The notes beneath the pieces are model-generated. The model saw only the letters and a program-made list of their open reading frames with translations, made no database searches and was not told where the DNA came from. The position numbers and the translations under genes were made by a program. A DNA stretch of 32,000 bases from Nitratidesulfovibrio vulgaris str. Hildenborough (GTDB lineage: Bacteria; Desulfobacterota; Desulfovibrionia; Desulfovibrionales; Desulfovibrionaceae): assembly GCF_000195755.1 (NCBI RefSeq), contig NC_002937.3, positions 300,001 through 332,000 on the forward strand, in the 5' to 3' direction. Below, piece after piece: positions 8,428 to 15,244 of this stretch (position 1 is its first letter; each line of letters begins with the position of its first letter).

Positions 8428-9684
8428 CTAGAAGTCGTTGCATGCGACGATGTGCCGCACCGCCGCGCCGTTCTGCACGCCACACATGAGCAATCTGTCA
8501 CCGTCAGGCCCGAAGACGGGGGTGCCGGCCTGCGAAAAACCTTCGCGCCACGGCTTGCCGTCGACGATGAAGTGGAAGGTGTCGCCCTTGCGGGCCTTCA
8601 CCGCCACATGTGCGCCGTCTGCACTGAAGACCGGAGCCCAGACCATGTCCCACTCACCGGGCCAGACCTTGTCATCCACGATGACGGAGAAGCGGGTGTT
8701 GTCGTGGTTGCCCACGGCGGCAGCCCTGCTGCCGTCGGGCGACAGGACGAGGTCGGAGACGACGGGGAATCTGTTGCCCCACGGGATGCCGTCGCAGGCG
8801 ACAGTGAAGCTGCCGTAGTCCGGGGCGACGATGGCCCAGAGTCTGCGTCCGTCGGGAGAGAAGCGCGGATGCCAGCACTGGAAGAAGCTGGCGGGCCATA
8901 TCAGGTTGCCGTCAAGCGCCATGCCCCATCGGCCATCCTTGCGGACAGGTGCCGCCACGGACCCCGTGGCAGGGTCGAAGACGGGTTCCCAGACGCACGG
9001 GAAGGTGACAGGCCACGGTTCGCCGTCCACCGCGATGGTGTAGTCGTACAGCGAGAGTCGCACCTGCGCCGCCACGCGTCTGCCATGGGTGTCGAAGACG
9101 GGCGTCCATGCATTGATGAAGACCCGTGGCCATGGTTCGCCGTCGATGGCCACGGTGTAGGCACCCTTCTGGTAGGTCTCGATATCGGCCTGACCAAGCG
9201 ACACTGTCTGCACGACGGCGGCTGTGCGTGCACCGGAAGGTGAAACGGAAAAGTTGTTGGCGTTCTCGTAGAGGGTCTCCCACGGGGTGCCGTTGATGGA
9301 AAGACCGTACTGCATGTCCTGTTGCACAGGGAGGATGATGTCGCCGTTGCTGCCGAAGTGCGTGTCCCAGACGAAGCCGTACATCTCTTCCCACGGGGTG
9401 CCGTCAACAGCGAGAGTCCATTCGCCGTCGATCTGCACAAGGGCGGTAAGCCGCCCGTCGGGCGTGTAACGGGGATACCACGCCTTTTCGAACGTGGTGT
9501 CCCAGACCGTGTCGTTGACCCGCAGGCTGAATGCCCCCTCTTCGACGCAGACCACGGCTGCGAAGGCGCTGCCGTCGGGGGCGAACTGCGCCTCTTCCTG
9601 CCAGAGGTGGCCTTCGAGCGGAGCAACGGACTCCGCGATGACCTTACGACCCAACTCCCAATCCCACGCGGTCGGCGACCTCAT
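8428..9684 (-). CDS. tmcD: Tryptophan-rich repeat protein of the Tmc complex
   Basis: 418 aa built from about nine tandem modules of 40-47 aa of the type FxPDG..A......(V/I)DG.PW...F...W.P. It is the first gene of the minus-strand array, and GGAGG precedes the ATG at 9684. Confidence 0.85.
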   Translation of the reverse strand: MRSPTAWDWELGRKVIAESVAPLEGHLWQEEAQFAPDGSAFAAVVCVEEGAFSLRVNDTVWDTTFEKAWYPRYTPDGRLTALVQIDGEWTLAVDGTPWEEMYGFVWDTHFGSNGDIILPVQQDMQYGLSINGTPWETLYENANNFSVSPSGARTAAVVQTVSLGQADIETYQKGAYTVAIDGEPWPRVFINAWTPVFDTHGRRVAAQVRLSLYDYTIAVDGEPWPVTFPCVWEPVFDPATGSVAAPVRKDGRWGMALDGNLIWPASFFQCWHPRFSPDGRRLWAIVAPDYGSFTVACDGIPWGNRFPVVSDLVLSPDGSRAAAVGNHDNTRFSVIVDDKVWPGEWDMVWAPVFSADGAHVAVKARKGDTFHFIVDGKPWREGFSQAGTPVFGPDGDRLLMCGVQNGAAVRHIVACNDF

Positions 9685-10225
9685 GCGTGCCTCCTTGCTT
9701 CAGTGCCCGTGTATGCAGTCCGGATTTGGCGATGCCGGAAGCGGTATGTACATTTTCAAAAGCATCATAGCATGATGGACTGTTTAATGTAAGTGGCATT
9801 TTGATATTTTGCGAATACTACTGTCATGGTAGACAACATTGTCGACTGTATAAGTAGAAAATAAGATGCTTGTGAAAATAATATCTATCGATGTGTTTTG
9901 AAAAAGGTCATCTGTGTGCTATCTAATGCATTGGTCATTCAGTTCATGGTGTTGCGCGATGTTGGTTTGCGAAAAGAAGTTGTTTTATGGTATGCCTCAA
10001 AGAGGCATGATGGTGTTTCCAGAGTGAAACGTTTTTGATTCAGAAAAATCAAAGTGCGTCATGCTAAACTTTCTGTATTTAGATTATATGAGTCAACATT
10101 AGTCGCAGAAGGTGCATATTGTATGGCGCGTCTCTGTCGAGGTGACATTGCCATCCGGAATCGGATTATGGCATCGTCATGGGGGAGAGGCCGACAGTGC
10201 CGGTTGCGGGTAGCGCGGGGGGGCT
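9685..10225. promoter_or_regulatory. AT-rich divergent control region between tmcD and the Rrf2 regulator gene
   Basis: 541-bp intergenic region. Its core, about 9740-10130, is far more AT-rich than the rest of the window. It contains the palindromes atgcctc-aaa-gaggcat (9992..10008) and tttgatt-N6-aatcaaa (10034..10053). Confidence 0.6.
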
Positions 10226-10723
10226 ATGCGGATACTGACGAACAGCCGTTACGGGACACGGATGCTGCTGGACATCGCCTTGCACCAGCGCGAGCGGCCC
10301 GTCCTGATGAAGGACGTGGCAGCCAGACTGTCCATTTCACAGAAGTATCTCGAAAAATTGAGCCGTCCTCTCAAGGAGGCCGGACTTCTCGTGAGCCAGC
10401 GAGGGCCCACGGGCGGGCATATGCTGGGGCGCCCTGCCGTTGAAATCACGGTGGGCGACGTGGTGCGGGTCATGGAAGGGGGCGATGAACTGGTCGGGTG
10501 CGGGCGTGATGAGGCTGCCTGTTCCCACGCGCCGGGCTGCCTTACGCGCATGATATGGAAGGAATGCAGTCACGCCATGTTCGCACGCCTTGACGCCATC
10601 ACCTTCGACGAACTGTTGCGGTATGCCGACCAGGGAGTGAAGTTCGGCGACTTCTGCCCCAACGTGCTCGCAGAGCATGCCCTCACTGGTGAACACGACC
10701 TTTGCGAGGCCGACGGCGGTTAG
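10226..10723 (+). CDS. Rrf2-family transcriptional regulator with a three-Cys putative Fe-S ligand set
   Basis: N-terminal wHTH MRILTNSRYGTRMLLDIA...VAARLSISQKYLEKL. The Cys cluster is C-x6-C-x5-C (VGCGRDEAACSHAPGC), analogous to IscR/NsrR-type ligands. A G7 run lies directly upstream of the ATG. Confidence 0.85.
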   Translation: MRILTNSRYGTRMLLDIALHQRERPVLMKDVAARLSISQKYLEKLSRPLKEAGLLVSQRGPTGGHMLGRPAVEITVGDVVRVMEGGDELVGCGRDEAACSHAPGCLTRMIWKECSHAMFARLDAITFDELLRYADQGVKFGDFCPNVLAEHALTGEHDLCEADGG

Positions 10724-10762
10724 CGCGGGCAGCCCCTTGCCCCGCTGCCAGCGGTGCGTCGG

Positions 10763-10786
10763 TGCATGATACGATGCATGATACGG
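10763..10786. repeat. Tandem 12-nt direct repeat
   Basis: tgcatgatacga followed by tgcatgatacgg, 11/12 identical and head to tail. It lies in the rrf2-kinase intergenic region. Confidence 0.8.
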
Positions 10787-10962
10787 CGAAGGCTGGGGTG
10801 AGCCCTCTTGAAGCACAGTGCAGGACCCGTCCGTATCCTGCCGTGGTGCGTCGGCAGCGCGAGCTGCCCGCTTGACTGCCTTCTGTGCTGCTTTCAGAAA
10901 GATGGATACGACGCGGTATGAGGTGGGCGCTCGGCAGGGCCTTCATCCGGCAAGGAGGGGCG

Positions 10963-13233
10963 ATGGACAGTGCACGGGTTCCGTGGCGACGCACACTGGC
11001 GTTCCGCGTCGTGGGCGCGGCAGCCGTTCCGCTTTTCGTGGCGGTGGTGATCCTCTCGTGGGGCAGCATCACCTACCAGAAGTCCCACCTTTTCGATGAA
11101 CTCTCGAACGGTGCCGACCGCCTGAGCAACACCATCCGTCTCGGGGCGCGCTATGCCATGATGATCAACGCGCGTGACGAGATCAACCAGATCATACGTG
11201 ACGTGTCCGGTCAGAAGGCCATCGCCTCCATACGCATCTACAACAAGGAGGGGGTGATCAAGTTCTCCGGTGATGCGTCCGAGGTCGAGGAACGTACCAA
11301 CATCCGCGACGAGGCATGCCGACGCTGCCACGAGACGGAACCGCCCCGGCCCTCGCTTTCGCTGCAGGAAAGGGTGCGTGTCTTCACCGGGCCGGAGGGG
11401 CAGCGCTATCTGGGTAGCCTTTCACCCATCTACAACGAACCCGGCTGTTCCGGCCCGCCGTGCCACTTTCATCCTGAAGAGAAACTCGTACTCGGAGCCC
11501 TTGATGTGGTGCTGCCCCTCGAAGGGGCCGAGAGCGAAATCCTATCCTTCCAGCGCCGGGTCATCCTTCTTGCGGCGGCGGTGTTCCTGCTTGGCGGCGG
11601 CGGCATCGCCCTGTTGCTGGACAGGTTCCTCACCCGTCCCGTGGGCGTGCTCATCGAAGGTACGCGCCGGGTGGCGCGGGGCGAGGCGGTCAACCTCAAT
11701 GCCGTGCGGCAGGGCGACGAGATAGGTGAACTGGCGCGTGCCATCTCACGCATGTCGCGCGACATCGTCGACAAGCAGGAGGAGTTGAATCGCCAGCGCG
11801 ACGAGTATCAGCAACTTTTCGATCAGGTACCGTGCACCATCACGGTGCAGGACACGTCGCTTCGGCTGCTCAAGTACAACCGGGAGTTCCGCGAACGCTT
11901 CAATCCCACACCCGGCGAGCATTGCTTCAAGGCATACAAGGGGCGCACCGACAAGTGTCCGCATTGCGCCGTGGCGCGCACCATGGAAACCGGGTTGCCG
12001 CACTGCAGCGAGGAAAGCGGTTACAACGCGGATGGAACGCGCGCGCACTGGCTGGTGCACACGACGCCCGTCTTCAACGCGGAAGGCGCCGTCGTCGCAG
12101 CCATGGAGATGTGCCTCGACATCACGGCACGCAAGGAACTCGAAGAGCGCCTTCGGCGTTCCGAACTCAAGTACCACGCCATCTTCAACAACATCCCCAG
12201 TGCCGTGTTCGTCCTCGAAGAGGCGTCGCTGGACATCATCGACTGCAACTCCACGGCAGAGGCCGTCTACGGGTGGAAGGCCGAAGAGGTGCGCGGACGT
12301 AACTTCCTCCATCTGTTCGCCCCCGACGAGCGCGAACGGTATGCCTCGCAACTCCGGGCCTTCACCGTGCTCAACCGGGCGCGTCATTTCAAGCGCGACG
12401 GCACGCCCTTCTTCGTGGACATCATGCTCTCGCCCTCGGAGTACAACGGACGGCAGGTCTTGCTGCTGACCACCAGCGACATCACACAGCGACTCGAGGC
12501 GGAACAGAAGGTCATTCAGGCGGGCAAGATGGCAACGCTGGGCGAAATGGCCACCGGGGTCGCCCATGAGTTGAACCAGCCGCTCACGGTCATCAAGGCC
12601 GCCAGCGGGTTCTTGCTGCGCAAGGCACGCAAGGGCGAGCCCGTCGCCCCTGACGTCCTGTCGACCATGACGGCGGAGATGGACGCCCATGTGGACAGGG
12701 CAAGTCGCATCATCGAGCACATGCGCGAATTCGGACGTAAATCCGACATCGTACTGGAAAGGGTGTCCGTCAACGAGGTGCTGCGCTCCGCCACCGAGTT
12801 CTTCAGCAGACAGATGACCGTGCGGGGCATCACCATCGAATGGCAGCTGGACGCGAGCGAACCCGTGGTCATGGCCGTGGCGAACCGCCTCGAGCAGGTG
12901 GTCATCAATCTTCTGCTCAATGCCCGGGATGCCATCGAGGAGCACGCCGCGGCGCATGATGCGCGACGGGTCATCACCCTGCGTACCGAAACGGACGGGC
13001 GCGAGGTGGTCATGGAGGTGTGCGACTCGGGCCCCGGCATCCCGCGTGCCTTGCAGCAGCGCATCTTCGAGCCGTTCTTCACGACGAAGAAGGTGGGCAA
13101 GGGCACGGGTCTGGGCCTTTCCATAAGCTACGGTCTGGTCAAGGACTTCGGCGGCAGCATCTCGGTCGGTGACGCCCCGGGGGGCGGGGCCCGTTTCACC
13201 GTGCGCATGCCCGATGCAGGGAGGAATGCATGA
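10963..13233 (+). CDS. Membrane sensor histidine kinase: TM, periplasmic domain with haem-c motifs, TM, HAMP, two PAS, HisKA, HATPase_c
   Basis: Track ORF 10885..13233. I prefer the ATG at 10963 because it follows AAGGAGG. Alternatives are GTG 10885 and ATG 10918. The H-box is AHELNQPL, the N-box LLLNARDA, and the G-boxes DSGPGI and GTGLGLSIS. CRRCH and CSGPPCH lie between the two predicted TM helices. Confidence 0.85.
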   Translation: MDSARVPWRRTLAFRVVGAAAVPLFVAVVILSWGSITYQKSHLFDELSNGADRLSNTIRLGARYAMMINARDEINQIIRDVSGQKAIASIRIYNKEGVIKFSGDASEVEERTNIRDEACRRCHETEPPRPSLSLQERVRVFTGPEGQRYLGSLSPIYNEPGCSGPPCHFHPEEKLVLGALDVVLPLEGAESEILSFQRRVILLAAAVFLLGGGGIALLLDRFLTRPVGVLIEGTRRVARGEAVNLNAVRQGDEIGELARAISRMSRDIVDKQEELNRQRDEYQQLFDQVPCTITVQDTSLRLLKYNREFRERFNPTPGEHCFKAYKGRTDKCPHCAVARTMETGLPHCSEESGYNADGTRAHWLVHTTPVFNAEGAVVAAMEMCLDITARKELEERLRRSELKYHAIFNNIPSAVFVLEEASLDIIDCNSTAEAVYGWKAEEVRGRNFLHLFAPDERERYASQLRAFTVLNRARHFKRDGTPFFVDIMLSPSEYNGRQVLLLTTSDITQRLEAEQKVIQAGKMATLGEMATGVAHELNQPLTVIKAASGFLLRKARKGEPVAPDVLSTMTAEMDAHVDRASRIIEHMREFGRKSDIVLERVSVNEVLRSATEFFSRQMTVRGITIEWQLDASEPVVMAVANRLEQVVINLLLNARDAIEEHAAAHDARRVITLRTETDGREVVMEVCDSGPGIPRALQQRIFEPFFTTKKVGKGTGLGLSISYGLVKDFGGSISVGDAPGGGARFTVRMPDAGRNA

Positions 13234-14720
13234 ACGGTGCACGGTTGCTGCTTGTGGACGATGAAGAGGGCATTCGCACCGTCCTTTCGCTGGTACTCGC
13301 TGACATGGGCCACGACGTGCGGACGGCCGCCAACGGCAACGAGGCCCTTGCCCTGCTGCATGACCGCCCCGCCGATGTCGTGCTGACGGATGTGCGGATG
13401 CCCGGTATGGACGGACTGGCGCTTCTGGCGGCAGTCCGCGAGGCATGGCCCGACACGGGGGTCATCATGCTCACCGGGCATGGTGACATGGAACTGGCGG
13501 TGAAAAGCCTGCGACTGGGGGCTACCGATTTCCTGACCAAGCCTGTGGGGGACGAGGCGCTGTCCGTCGCGCTGGACCGGGCCTTCGAACGGCGGCGACT
13601 GCGCATGGCGCTGCGTGCCCATACAGAGCACCTCGAGGCGCTCGTGGAAGCGCGAACGCGTGAGCTTGTGGAGGCCGAACGTCTTGCAGGCATGGGCGAG
13701 ACCGCTGCCATGCTGGCGCATGCCATCAAGAACATCGCCTCGTCGCTGGAGGGCGGGCTGTTCGTGCTTGGCAAGGGCATCGAACTTGGCAGGCGCGACT
13801 ACCTTGAGGACGGCTGGGGTCTCGTGCGTGAGCATGTGGCCCGTGTGCGCGACCTCGCGTTGCATCTGCTCAACCTTGGCAAGCCGCTCACTGGTGATGC
13901 CGCACCCGTCGACCCGGACGCCCCCGTGCGCGAAGTCGTACAATTGCTGACAGCCCGTGCCCGTGAACGCGGAGTCGCGCTCTCGATGGCGTACGGTGCA
14001 GGGCCGACGCCTCTGGTGCTGGACGGTGAAGCTGTGCGACGGGTGCTGACCGACCTCATCCTCAACGCCATCGAGGCGTTCAGCTTGCCGGAAGGCCGTT
14101 CCGGAGAGGCTGCCGTGCATGTGTCCTCGTTTCGCGCGGAATGGCTCGATGGTCGCGCAGCCGTGCGTTACGTCGTGCGGGATAACGGGCCGGGGCTGCC
14201 GATGCGCTTGCGGCCCGAACGCCGGGAGGAGGCTGTGGCCGCCTTGCTGGCGGGGTGCCTTGCCGGGCATGGCGACCTGTCGCCGTCGGTCGTTCCCTCA
14301 CAGGGTGAGGACTGTGCGCCGGTTGATGCTGCAGGTACGGGCAAGGGCACGGGCACAGGGATGGGCGCGCTGTCGGCGGAGGCTTCAACGGGGACGCACC
14401 CTGTCGCAGACGTTGCCATGGGGGGAGGCGATGCCGCGCTGCAGCTGTCACCAGTCTCTGATGACGGCATCGTACTTGGCGGCGGAGGAGGGGCGTCCGT
14501 TTTCCCCTCACCGGGTGACGACCCGGCCCGTTGGGGCGTTGACGCGGTCACAGGTGAAGCACTCCGGGGGCGTTTGCAAACGACCAAACAAGGAGGCAGT
14601 GGCGTCGGACTGCTGACCGTGCGGCGAATCGTCCATGAACTGGGCGGGGAGTTTCGCCTCGGCGATGCGGAAGGGGGCGGGTGCGAGGCGACCGTCGCGC
14701 TGCCTGTCGCCCACTCCTAG
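13230..14720 (+). CDS. Receiver-histidine kinase hybrid (REC, NtrB-like H-box, HATPase_c with a long ATP-lid insertion)
   Basis: Its start overlaps the upstream kinase stop (ATGA at 13230-13233). The receiver has DDEEG, LTDVRMPG and TKP. The H-box is LAHAIKN, the N-box LILNAIEA and G1 is RDNGPG. G2 (GGSGVGL) follows only about 130 residues later. Confidence 0.85.
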   Translation: MNGARLLLVDDEEGIRTVLSLVLADMGHDVRTAANGNEALALLHDRPADVVLTDVRMPGMDGLALLAAVREAWPDTGVIMLTGHGDMELAVKSLRLGATDFLTKPVGDEALSVALDRAFERRRLRMALRAHTEHLEALVEARTRELVEAERLAGMGETAAMLAHAIKNIASSLEGGLFVLGKGIELGRRDYLEDGWGLVREHVARVRDLALHLLNLGKPLTGDAAPVDPDAPVREVVQLLTARARERGVALSMAYGAGPTPLVLDGEAVRRVLTDLILNAIEAFSLPEGRSGEAAVHVSSFRAEWLDGRAAVRYVVRDNGPGLPMRLRPERREEAVAALLAGCLAGHGDLSPSVVPSQGEDCAPVDAAGTGKGTGTGMGALSAEASTGTHPVADVAMGGGDAALQLSPVSDDGIVLGGGGGASVFPSPGDDPARWGVDAVTGEALRGRLQTTKQGGSGVGLLTVRRIVHELGGEFRLGDAEGGGCEATVALPVAHS

Positions 14721-15108
14721 CCTGTCCCCGGTTAGCCAGTCGCCTCTTCCTCGTCTGTCGTCTGGCCCTGTCTTGCCGACACGTGTCCCGTTTCTGGCCT
14801 CATCCGGGATGCCGTCGCCCTGTTGCCATTCTGGCACGGAGGCTTGCCGTATGCGGCATTGTAGCGGGGCGGTGGTGGCGTTGCTGGCGGCAGCGACATG
14901 CGTGTATCGCATGTCGCCCCATGTGATGCCCCGTTCGATCAAGGGTTCAACCTCCCCGCATCCTTGCAGGAGATGTTGCCGTATCAGCGGCTGGTCTGGC
15001 ATGTCCCGGCCTGTGTGTGTCCCCGGAATGGGGCCACGCCTTCCCTGACCTGAACACCGGGCGTGTGAACGGCGCGGTGGGTCGACGAACAATGTTCCTT
15101 TCCTCACA

Positions 15109-15137
15109 TTGACATTGAAAATTATTTTCAATATCAG
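15109..15137 (+). promoter_or_regulatory. Sigma-70-type promoter candidate for the porin gene
   Basis: TTGACA (15109-15114), a 17-nt spacer, then TATCAG (15132-15137). It lies about 108 nt upstream of the GTG start at 15245. Confidence 0.5.
15114..15132. promoter_or_regulatory. Perfect 19-bp palindrome, a candidate Fur-family operator
   Basis: ATTGAAAAT-T-ATTTTCAAT fills the -35/-10 spacer. Its core TGAAAATtATTTTCA differs from the 7-1-7 Fur box TGATAATnATTATCA at one symmetric position per half-site. Confidence 0.5.
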
Positions 15138-15244
15138 ACACGGAGCCGATGGCTTGCATCGGCCCGGTGTCATGTCGTTTGCGTGCCCCTGAAGGCGCAA
15201 CGTGGCATGTCTACTGTAACTTCAAGAGCACTGGAGGAAGGATC

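Noticed and set aside
9794-9812. TGGCATtttgatattttGC in the tmc/rrf2 control region
   Set aside because: The spacing between GG and GC is 14 nt, which is incompatible with a -24/-12 promoter. I discarded similar near-misses at 15203..15217 (no GC at -12) and 18513..18527 (spacing 9).
11746-13446. 566-aa minus-strand ORF. The same judgement applies to 13128..14270, 15263..16522, 22312..23241, 23739..25046, 6179..7051 and 2238..3356, and to the + strand ORFs 6241..7530, 17617..18726, 8410..9243 and 5457..6458.
   Set aside because: All lie entirely within, and antisense or out of frame to, genes with clear domain signatures. Their translations are Arg/Pro/Gly/Ala-rich and low in complexity, as expected for alternative frames of GC-rich coding DNA.
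14832-14848. tGGCACggaggcttGCc, a sigma-54-like sequence upstream of the porin
   Set aside because: The GG-to-GC spacing is 11 nt rather than the strict 10. It lies about 400 nt from the gene, and a good sigma-70 promoter lies closer.
14508-15200. 230-aa minus-strand ORF in the kinase-porin spacer, with a possible internal start MPDQPL at about 15002
   Set aside because: It would overlap the 3' end of the REC-kinase antisense by about 200 nt. It uses many codons that are rare elsewhere in the window (ata, caa, aga, cta, agg, gga). It has no SD and no motif.
15149-15244. Upstream ATG start for the porin ORF
   Set aside because: The extension (MACIGPVSCRLRAPEGATWHVYCNFKSTGGRI) would bury the signal peptide and overlaps the predicted leader hairpin. 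The GTG at 15245 has a well-spaced GGAGG.
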